The notes under the pieces were generated by a model that did not search any database, was not told the origin of the DNA, and saw only the letters and a program-made list of their open reading frames with translations. A stretch of 64,000 nucleotides of DNA from Macrostomum lignano (taxonomy: Eukaryota). Both the position numbers and the translations under genes were made by a program. Shown here in pieces: positions 35,601 to 45,681 of this stretch (its first letter is position 1; the number at the start of each line of letters is the position of its first letter). The DNA lies in NCBI GenBank assembly GCA_002269645.1, contig NIVC01000406.1, forward strand, positions 384,724 to 448,723, written 5' to 3'.

Positions 35601-38600
35601 TTCTATCAAGACACCAAACCAGGCATTTCCGCGTATCATACAATGCTTTTGCACCATGTTAAATTCGAAACTGCCGAACATCGTCAGCGGACTGCCGCAA
35701 CGGACAAGCTCTACGGCATCCGACGCCTGTGGGACACCTTTGTCAGTCAGCTGCGCCATCCTGTCCTTTCCGGGCCGTACCTCTGCTTCGACGAAACTCT
35801 GGTTGTCTACTGGGGTGTGGACTGTGACTTCACGGTCTTTCTAAAGGAGAAGCCCGGTCTTCTTCTTCCATTCGGGCGCGCTCGGGCCAGGGCCCATGGC
35901 ACCGGGCGTCAGATCGCGCCCGCCTTCCCGAGGAAGTTCAACACCGCGGTGCAGTTCTCGAAAACTGCCGCGGGATCCGGGCTTGGCCCCCAACGGTCGC
36001 AATGGTGCCAAGCTGTTCCTGCTGACATCGACTGGAAATCCAGAGATTCAGGATGACATGGACATCCGCTATGTGTTCAATACGGAAATCTGCACTGGCA
36101 AAGGGCACTGCTGTCCACTACTTTTGCATCACAGGAATCCGATGCTCGGCTGGCCAAGGGCTCAGAGGTGTGGAGTGGTAGGCAAGTTGTTTGCGACTAT
36201 GGCTGATCCATTCAGAGGACACTGGTACAACATCACATGTGACGGATTCTTCTCGAGTCTTGCGCTGGCCAATCACTTGTACCGAGAAATGGGATTCACG
36301 TTTCTTGGAACAGTGATGCGCACTCGTGGTGGCCTGCAAGCCGATCTCAAGAATTCAACTCAAAACATGGCTCCACACGCGAGCGAATTCCGGTTTTCTG
36401 AGGAGCTCACGTGTGTGTCCTACTGCCTGTTCAGATCCTTCTGCTCTGAATTTGCTTTATTATCATTTTTGACATGCTGTATTGTCTTTTTTGACATGCT
36501 GTAATATTATTTTTGACATGCTGTAATATCATTTTTGACATGCAGTAATATCATTTTTGACATGCTGTAATATCATTTTTGACATGCTGTAATGTCATTT
36601 TTGACATACTGTAATATAATATTTGACATGCTGTAATATCATAAATTTTGACATACTGTAATATCATTTTTTACAAATTAAATATTTTATTTTTTCAGTC
36701 GCCAGTTAAATCTGTAACTCTCCAATTTAACATGGTACAGATGCATTGTATAATTATGCAGAAATGCCTGGTTTAGAGCCTTGAAAGAAAAATCACGATG
36801 TTGTGGGTGCCAGCTCGTCAGGGCCGCGTGGTGGCACTCCGTTGAAGGTCCAGAAGGTCGCTTGTATGTCTACAGGTCAGCCTAGAGGGTCGCCGTCGTC
36901 CATTTCATTCACCGATTGTGTCTACTGACTGAATGCTGCCTGCAGAAGAGGATTCTTCCATTTCAGTTTTGAGAACGCAGCCGTCTGTGAGATGCCGATC
37001 GGGTGCTTTTGTTGAAGGTCCCGACGGTCGCCGCCGTTGCTCCAGACGGAGATGAAGGGGACCCTGGGGCCTGGGACGCTGAGAACAAAGGCCTCACGAC
37101 CGATATGCATAGTTTGTTGAGCCGACGTGGTTTCATGATGAGATTTTGTGAGCAGAAAATTTTTACCAATGTTGGTGGTTTTTGTCACCAGACACCCCGA
37201 GGAGAATCGTTGAATATCTCGACGATGCCGATTATTCTTGATTCTCGAAGTTGCTTCATCAAATAGAGCGGACAGACAGACAAAGGAAAAATGTGTGCAT
37301 TTGAAATACACCCCCATGGTCTTTCTACTGTTAACCAAATAGTGCCGATGTACGCCGGCCAGCTCTGATTGATTGGTGTAGTTTTGATAATAAGAGAGAT
37401 ATAATATAAGAGATGAAACTGCCTGTTTGGGCGAGGGGTTGTTAGTGCTCTACTCCCAGTGTTTGTTTTCATGCCGCAACAGCTCATACGAACGAAGGTT
37501 TCGATTGGATTGCGACTGGCTCAGAAAATTGATTTGTGCAAAAAGTTTTCCATAACTCCAAAAATGATTTGCTAGTTGTATTGCGCTTGAGGAATGAACA
37601 AAGTAAATATTGAGCTCCACTTACTAGGAATGCCGTCCCCATCGTCGTCCTCTAGATAGTCTGGAACTCCGTCGCCATCGCTGTCGCCCTCCAGGTGGTC
37701 TGCCGAGCAGGTCAGTCGAAATAATCCGGAACATATTTTTATCCCCACCAAGATCAGTGAAGAAGGGCGAACAAGAAAGGAAAGGTCACTGTATTGTGAG
37801 ACAGAAAAGCTCTAGCAACTACAAGGCAAGACTCTTGCAGTGCCCTCCTGGTAGAGGAAATGCGGCATGAAATAAAAGCATGAAAGCTCGCGGACAAAAT
37901 GTTAGAAAACAAAAAAATACGAGTATATAACGAAAATTTGCTAAGAACTATTGGCAGAGCTGTAAAAGAACGAACGAGGATCTAATAGGATGTCTAAAGG
38001 TAATCTAAACATGCGTAGCAAAAAACAGCAAAATCAACTTCAAGACTTCTCGAAGGTTCTGATCCCACATACCCGGAATTCCATCGCCGTCTTCGTCCTC
38101 CAAGTAGTCAGGAATGCCGTCGCCATCACTGTCGCCTTCAAGGTGGTCGGGGATGCCATCGCCGTCTGAATCAGGGGTTGCTGGAGCCGGGGCAGACTTC
38201 TTGGAGGCTTTTGCTGGCGGCGGCTTCTTGGCCCCTGCCTTACCGCTAACTTTGACTGCTTCAGCCTCCTTCATCAGCTTCTTCTTCTGTTTTTGAGCCT
38301 CCCGAATGGCTTTATCGTCGGCGGCTTCGACACCAAACCAGCCTCCGCCACCACTGGGGCCACTACTTCCACTGCGAGGTTCCCTAACGGCACCGACGCT
38401 GTCACCCTGAGCTTGCTGACTGCGCATTCGGGTCACGGTGTCCTGGATCTGCTTGAAGTCCGACCGACAGTCTGGGATGCCATCGCCGTTACGGTCCGGA
38501 TCGTCTGCGTCTGGAATTCCATCGTTATCGTCGTCGTCATCTACGTGGTTCATGACGCCGTCCATGTCGCTGTCTTGAGTGCGGTCGATGTAGCCGTCGT

Positions 38601-41600
38601 TGTCAATGTCCACATCGACGTCGTCCGGCACGCCGTCGCAGTCGTGATCATCAGCAAGCGACTTGAGCTTGCGCGTCTGCGGCTTCTTCTCGGCTTTTTC
38701 CGGCTTTGAGACCGTCTTGGTCGGGGCCGGCTTTTTCGGTGGAATTGCAGCTTTTTTCGCCTCCTTTGCAGCCGGCTTCTTGGCTTGTGGTGGCGAAGCG
38801 GCTTTAGCTGGTTTTGCAGTCTTCTTTGCTGGAGTTGGCGGCGCGGGTGCTTTTTTAGTGGCCGCCGGCTTCTTTGCCGCAGGTGTCGGCTGAGTTGGCT
38901 TTTTTGCCGCTGGAGCATCGGGCTTCTTTGGGACAGCCTTAGCTGGCTTGGGTGGTGGCGGCGGCGGTGGCGGCGGCGGAGTTGCCTTCTTGGCTGCAGG
39001 CTTTGCCGCCGGAGGAGCTTTTTTAGTTGCGGCTGGTGCAGCCGGCTTCTTCTTATCTTCCTTCTTAGTATCCGGTTTAGAATTTTTCTTCTTATCCTTC
39101 TTCTCAGGTGATTTGCTCTTCACCTCCGCCTTCTTGTTGGCCGCGGGTTTCTTCTTGCTATCAGGTTTGCTTGGCGCTTCAGCCTGTTCTGCCACTTCTT
39201 CCGGCTTCTTTTTCTGCAGCTTGATGCGCGTGTGCATCATGGGATCCTTGATGCGGTTGCCCAAGCCTTTCTTGTGAATCTCGTGCGCGGACACCTGCGA
39301 CTTCTTGGCCTCGATGAGTTCCTGTTCTTCCTCGGCCTCCTTGCGCGAGATCAGCACCTTCTGGACCTTGCCTTTGCCGGAGCGGACCACCTTGTAGAGA
39401 ATTGATTCGTCGCGACGGCAGTCGGGCACTCCGTCGCCGTTGGAGTCCGGATCGCGCTCGTCCGGGATGCCTGCGAGGTTTGTAGATGTGTAATCTCGAT
39501 CAATAAAAGCCGACCAGCCAAACCCAACCCGATGCAACCGTTCTACCATTTTTGCAGATAAGTTTGCATGGGGCCTTGTTGTTTGTTTGCGAGTGGGTTG
39601 GTCGTGGCGACTTCTCTTCCACGGTTCTCGAAGTTCTTTCGTGTCGCATAACTTGCTGCATTCTATCGTTTCCTAACCTACAACCCAAGCAACCCAACTT
39701 CTCCCACCGTCGTTGTCATCGTCCTCGTCAACGTGGTTGAGCTGCCCGTCCCAGTCGGAGTCCTGAGTCCTGTCCAGCTTGCCGTCGTTGTCGTTGTCAT
39801 CGTCCTCCTCGTCCGGGATGCCGTCGCAGTCGCGGTCACCCGGGTCGCCAAGGTTGGCCTCGTTGTTGGCGTTTGCTCGGGCCTCGTCAGCTGCGGGCAG
39901 ACGAAACAAAAATGCTGCTTTCAGGAACTGTATGAGAGTACAAACTCTGGTTGTGAGTGCATGGCAGTTACTAATTGTTAGCACACAGTTCAGTATCTTC
40001 CTCGGTTTTTAATTTCCAAGTGGCTCCGATGTTTGAGCAATAGCTATAATTCAGAAACTTAAAATAATTCACGGAGTGAGCCTTCAATATTGCACCAAAG
40101 TCACAAAAAATTGTTAGAATTAGATGAGATGCTTTTGTTAGGCAGATGAGTGGCCGGCACCGCTAAACGCCTTGACAAACTCTTGGATAATTCGAACGCA
40201 TTGCGTTATCAGCTGCGAGCTCAAGTAAAAACAAACTTCGGAAACTGAAAACTGGTGGATGGCTTGCCACCAAGCTGGGCATCTGTGACAAGCTTAAGGT
40301 TGGGAAAATTTTTATTCCGGTTAGTATTAAAAAGGATTGCTGAGTTGGGCAGCTGAGAGCTGGATAAGAGTGCCATACGAGTTCCTTCCCTTGAGTCCGT
40401 ACGCCAACCCAATGAGAATTTGTGTCCTGTGCACCTTGTTTATCTAGCTTGTCTATTCCAGTCATTGTTAATGAAATAATACCAGGACAAAACACTGTTA
40501 GATTTGCAAATTAATTCCACACTTTAAATGAGAATTTATTCTAGAAACAATTGGGATTCACCAAAGTTAAAAAAAATTGAAAATAATTTCTTTTTCGATA
40601 AATGAAACAAAAGCTGTCGCGTCTCTTCAACTAGTGCTCGGGCTTTGAGTCGAACAGAACGTCCATCAAGAAAACTTGTGCAGAAAAAAAATTTGTATTG
40701 TATCACTAAAAGTACTTTGTTGGCAGTTACCTGACACGAATGCAGCTGAAAGGAGGCGAAAAGCATGTTGATCGGCGTTAGCTATGAATGAAATTATTGA
40801 CGTTGGCACTGATAACGTCTACGATATCTTAGGCTTGGTTAAAGTACAATTAATTTAGTTGCACACATCATTGAACAACACATTACACTCGATTATATGG
40901 AAAAAACATTGCAAATGTTGCCTACAGTTTGTTGTTGTTGTGATGGGTCCTCCGAGAGAGTTGGAACCCTTGTGGGGCTTGGGTGTCCTATCTGGCCTAT
41001 GATCCCCCGTATCTGGTTGGTCTCACTGACAGTGTGTACCAACTTCTGGGGCTCATGCCTTCCAGGTGCTCCATTTACCAGCTCCCTTCGCAGGTAGGTT
41101 CACCTAGCGCAATGACCTCTCATAGGAGCACAGAGAGTAAGTTTATCAGCCAGGCCGCCCAGTCACACAATGTACCCTCCCGATGGAGTGCGCCAAACAG
41201 ACAATCATAATTGGGACCGTCTTTACGGCCTAAGTTGCCTACGACTCAGACTAAGCACAGCAAGTCAGTTAAACTAAAAAAACGTTAAAAAACAATAAAA
41301 AAACTAAGCTAATAAGAAGAAACTAATTAACTTGAAGGCACGCCGTGCAACTAAAAGAAGTTGTAAGCGTACTTGCTACTGTCAATTGAAGCAAATCAAT
41401 GCTCAACATTAGTAAGCCCATGTGAATAAATATATGATGTCGAGTTATGTCAGCTGACTACACTGAATCGGTTTACACTACTCAATGCTGCCTACTGGGT
41501 GGGGATAACTTAAATGAAAATTAAAATCGGAGCAAACTAAAATCGCCACCACAGCCAAAACAAAAGATCAAATTGAAAGTGTATGAGGGGGAGCAAATGT

Positions 41601-44600
41601 GGGCACGAACTGGGATTCGGGAAGGGACCAACCATTTAGAACGCTTGAGTCCCCCGTCTCAGGAGGCGGAAGTCCTTCCGGATACCTCAGCGAGTAGTAG
41701 TTCATTTTTTTCTGCAACTTCCTAATGAGCAAATGCTCTGGAAAGACAGGATCAAGGTAATGTACTTTGGAAAGCAATTCGGGGAAGTTTCTAATATACA
41801 TTGCTATTTTGGCAAATACAATTTCTATCCTGTGCAGAATTTCATACGCATTCATTCCAGTATTACACGGAAGAACTCTTAGGGCTGTACTTAGATTACA
41901 TTGACATGGTGAATTAGTACAAGCATCTAAAAACTAATATAAGGTAGTAGCATGATATGCACCAAGCAAAGCTGCAATAGTTCTGCCGCATGAATCCAAT
42001 TAAGTTTTATAATCGCATAAATGCAAACTATCGAAGGCTAATTGCGCTGCTGTTATCGGGCAAAAAGCGCGCTCGCGAGCGAAGCAGCAGCGCAGTGTTG
42101 GCGTTCAATCTACAGGAAAACGGCTAGAGGCGGGACGGCTTTGCTACTAGCAAACTGCTGTTAAAAACGCGCGCATTCTTATCAGGGACCGTCAATATCA
42201 GCTGCCGCGGGATCAGACAAAACGGAATCCACACGGAGCGTCTCACCTGGTAAAGCGTCCACGGCGTCGAGGTTCTTGTACAGCAGAAACGACATGGAGT
42301 CCGGGTCGAGGTGGTCCGGCACGCCGTCATTGTCGTCATCGTCGTCCAAATGGTCGGGAATTCCATCGCCGTCGCTGTCTCTTGGCACGCAGTCTATGAT
42401 CCCGTCGCCATTTGAGTCTTCGTCATCTCTGTCCGGGATGCCGTCATTGTCGTCATCGTCGTCCCACTCGTTCAGGACGCCATCGTTGTCGCTGTCCTGC
42501 TTGTTGTCAAGGTAGCCGTCGTTGTCATCATCGGGATCGATTATATCTGGGATGCCATCGCAGTCGTGGTCCTGCAGGTGGTCGGGTATGCCGTCGTTGT
42601 TCATATCATCATCGATGCTATCCGGGATGCCATCCCCGTCCCGGTCGGGGAAAAGATCGGCCTGTCCGTCACCGTCCGAGTCTGCGTCAACGTTGTCTGC
42701 ATGAAGATTAGAAAGGGATATCCAAATTTATTTTTAATAGCTTCAAAAACTTTCTAAGTATTTGCAGCGTCTGAGAATTTTCCAGACTGCCTACTCGGAA
42801 AAGTAGAATATAGCTCGTATTGTAAAGCTCGTTTTACAACTGGGTTATAAATATCAGACTGGAGAGAAAATTTCTGAAGATCGCTTTTGGAAGACGTATG
42901 GCCGCAGACCTGGGGACTGAAAGCTGGATGTGTTCGATCGATATGCGAAAGGCTGCATATGGAACCAAATGCACTGGTGCAAGTACAGCGGAGGGGATAG
43001 AGAGTGTAAGCATCGCGACCTTTCGAATGCAGCTGCAAGGGAGCGTTTGTTCCCGGATGACTGCTTGCTTGTGCAGCACCACCCCATGGCTTCTAAACTA
43101 GTTCGACAGCTGCTTCCATCCGCTTCTGACCTTCGTATACCTCCCGTCCTCCCGTTGCTTCCATTCATTTTCTACCTTAACTCTGCCTTCGATACTCCCT
43201 TCATTTAGAAAGCGCTGCATGTAGATGACTTATGAGGGCTGGCTGATTGTGACGCGTTCGGGCTCTCTAGACAGCAGTGCCGATTGCAAGGGCAAAAAGT
43301 GTTGAAGTAAGGGAAGGATGAACGTTTCAGAAATTCCCGGCTTGAAAAATATTGCTTGCTGACATTTATAGCAAGTCGCTGCTACTCATTGTTTTACCTG
43401 GAATTCCGTCGTTGTCATCGTCGTTGTCAATAGAGTCCGGAATGCCGTCTCCATCGGAGTCTTTAAAAAAGTTGTACAGCCGATGGTTGGGATCCTTCAG
43501 GTCAGGAATGCCATCGTTGTCATCGTCAGTGTCAATGTGGTCTGGGATGCCATCGCCGTCTGAGTCTTCCATGACGCACTCGGGCTTACCGTCGCCGTTA
43601 GAGTCTTCGTCCTCCCAATCTGGGATGCCATCGTTGTCGTCGTCATCGTCCCATTCGTTGAGGATGCCGTCGTTGTCGCTGTCCTGCTTGTTGTCCAGGT
43701 AGCCATCGTTGTCGTCATCCGGGTCAAGGAAGTCCGGGATGCCGTCACAGTCACGGTCATACCAACCCATGTCCTCGAGGTCCGCGATAAGGTCCTCAAC
43801 CTCAGGGCCATCTGAACATAGAATGGGAGGACAGTGAGAAAACGAGTACCTGAAAAATTTTTTCTGCTTTTTGCTGGCAATTTTAATAAGAAGAATTCCT
43901 AAGCATTGAAGTGACAGCTTCCCAGAGTATCAGACCATTGCGGCACTCACCTGTGGCATCGTATTTGCTGGTGTCCAGTAGATCGGGTATGCCGTCTCCA
44001 TCGGAGTCCTCCAGAACATCCGGAATGCCATCACCATCGTCGTCCAAGTCGAGATAGTCCGGAATTCCATCATTGTCCGCATCACCCTCCTTCTTGCGGT
44101 TCCGGTACCGCAGTCGCTTCTCATTGTCCGATGTGTCCTCGCGGCAATCCGGGATGCCGTCACCGTTGGCGTCCGGGTCCTCTACATCCGGAATACCGTC
44201 GTTATCGTCATCGTCGTCATTTTGATTTGTCTCGCCGTCCCAGTCGGAGTCTTGCGTCCGATCCAGCAGGCCGTCGTTGTCGATGTCATCGTCCTGATCG
44301 TCCGGGATGCCGTCGCAGTCGTGGTCGTTCGGGTCTTCGCTTAGCACCATCGGCTGTTCGGCGGCCTCGTTTTCAACTTGCATTTTGGGCGGCTTCGGCG
44401 GACCGCGACCCTTTCGTCGACGTCGGCGACGACCGCCATCGTCTCCAGACTCCTCGTCGGTTTCGTGAGAGTCTTCATTGGTAGTGGTGGCGTTGTTTTG
44501 CAAGAATTTGACTTGGGCTAATAGAGGGTCGGAGCGACTCTCCTAGCTTTTCTGTCAGGCGTTTTGTTAATTTTGTGTAGCAAAGTCGCAATTGAAATTA

Positions 44601-45559
44601 AGTTATGGTTAATCGTATTAGTAGCCCCAATCAGTTTTATGATTCCCCAGAAGCCGATATACGCTCGTAGTAAAATGAGCATGAAAAATGTTGTAAGTGG
44701 GACTCTGGTGCACAGGACTCATTCAAAGAAAAAGCCAAGGAACCAAATTGAAATACGTAACCCGTGTTAGAGTACAATGGATCGGATGACCAAACATAAA
44801 ATCGCGAGCAAAATGATGGATTGATGGTGGATGAAGGTTGGTCTGATGAAATGCTTATCAAGAAACTCAAATCCACTCAAATTAGTGAGCATACAGTGTG
44901 CATGTACTTGTAAATATGAATACTTGTCTTGTGAATTGTAATATTTAAGCCTGCGATCTATTTTTACCCGGATTATCTTCGACTGCTGCAGCTTCTTCAT
45001 CTGCCTCCTCATCGGAGGACTCCGCCGGTGCCTCCTCCTCCTCCTCCTCTTCCGCTTCCTCCTCTTCCTCTTCGGCCTCTTGCAGAAGGCGGCGCCGTCC
45101 GCCAGACTGCAGTGGTGGTGAGGGTGGGTCATCTCGGGCTGGTGGTCCGAATTTTTAGTTATTGCGCGATCACGATGGAGAGAAATGATTTTATTGGAGT
45201 TGGGAAGTTTAGAGTTAAGTTTTGACGTCGAGGGTCGATGTTTACTAAAGCATTACATAATTTTTTTATAACTTACGAGAGCCTCTACCAGAGGCTTTAG
45301 GAAGGAAGTAAGGATGTTTGGTTTACTCACCAGTATTGAATCGCCATTATTGGACAAGGCCGCCTGCTCATCCGCTGCTTCAGCGAGGCAGCAAACCAAA
45401 GCGATGCCTGTTTGTTGAATGTGTGATGAAAATGGTGCGAATAATTAATTAATAAACGGCTTAAAACAGTGCCTCTTTGTGTGTTTTTTCCTCACCTAGA
45501 AACAGGAGGCACAAGGGAGCCACCAAAGACGGTCCTCTTCGCTGCCTGGGTGCCACCAT
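29609..45559 (-). CDS. Large secreted Asp-rich DxDxDG-repeat (thrombospondin type-3-like, putative Ca2+-binding) protein with Lys/Pro/Ala-rich linkers, about 1,750 aa
   Basis: Proposed exons (minus): 45559-45496, 45407-45331, 45294-45277, 45138-44968, 44517(or 44542)-43951, 43811-43398, 42696-42247, 39890-39708, 39470-38073, 37699-37625, 34868-34644, 34552-34478, 34041-33967, 32431-32357, 31859-31113, 30788-30612, 30204-29825, 29737-29609. Signal peptide [30 protein letters not shown]; dozens of [15 protein letters not shown] motifs; internal junctions from 43951 to 30204 are all phase 1 GT-AG; C-terminus ...[17 protein letters not shown]. The frame of the 45138-44968 exon is unresolved. Confidence 0.85.
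32477..33935 (-). mobile_element. Mariner (DD34D) transposon, decayed, intronic
   Basis: 26-bp TIRs CGAGGG(G/T)TGATCAAAAAGTTCTGCAA with one mismatch. Transposase motifs [34 protein letters not shown] (third catalytic D changed to N). Frameshift near 33240 and a 136-nt insert. Flanking TA TSDs are not intact. Confidence 0.92.
35025..37226 (+). mobile_element. piggyBac-derived element: transposase core fragment between about 0.5-kb imperfect inverted repeats, intronic
   Basis: Fragments [10 protein letters not shown]...LCFDETLV...[13 protein letters not shown]...[17 protein letters not shown]...FLGTVM at 35643-36430 match the piggyBac DDD core. 35025-35512 is the inverted counterpart of 36729-37226 (shared ATCGTCGAGATATTCAACGATTC at the outer edge). 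TTAA termini not located. Confidence 0.75.
36465..36670. repeat. 22-bp minisatellite TTTTTGACATGCTGTAATATCA inside the piggyBac derivative
   Basis: About 8-9 units. Confidence 0.9.
40926..41233 (-). mobile_element. 308-bp non-autonomous retroposon (SINE-like) with (CAA)n tail and spliced-leader-like 5' end
   Basis: Flanked by the direct repeat GTTGCCTAC (40917-40925 and 41234-41242). Minus strand begins TTAGGCCGTAAAGACGGTC and ends CCCATCACAACAACAACAAACT. Confidence 0.75.
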
Positions 45560-45674
45560 TTTTGGTAAATGTCGCTGACAAATTCTGTGCACTAGTTTCA
45601 GCTGATCCAGTTCGGTTGCAAGCCAAAACTAAAGCAACCAGGGTTGGGATACCTGGGCACTGACGCTGCTGGGG

Positions 45675-45681
45675 CTTTATA
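45675..45681 (-). promoter_or_regulatory. TATA box of the Asp-rich protein gene
   Basis: Minus strand TATAAAG about 115 nt upstream of the ATG; CCAAT (45797-45801) further upstream. Confidence 0.55.

Noticed and set aside
34930-37340. TTAA-bounded piggyBac termini
   Set aside because: One TTAA near 37332, but no matching TTAA or convincing TIR on the left (11/19 identity at best).
40926-41233. HDV-like or hammerhead ribozyme in the SL-headed element
   Set aside because: GCTCC...CTGCGAAGGGAGC resembles P2/J4-2, but I could not build P1, P3 or L3. No CTGATGA...GAAA hammerhead core was found here or in a convincing context elsewhere.
41568-41855. Minus ORF as a Penelope GIY-YIG endonuclease fragment
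   Set aside because: Only a vague LIRKL...YPEGL resemblance; no GIY/YIG or RT motifs.
42910-42950. In-frame TGA as selenocysteine
   Set aside because: No SECIS-like hairpin or selenoprotein motif identified; a nonsense mutation is simpler.
29609-45559. Bacterial origin (HGT or contamination) of the DxDxDG protein
   Set aside because: About 17 spliceosomal introns, a TATA box and host-like codon usage; similar repeats occur in both bacteria and animals, so the sequence alone gives no support.
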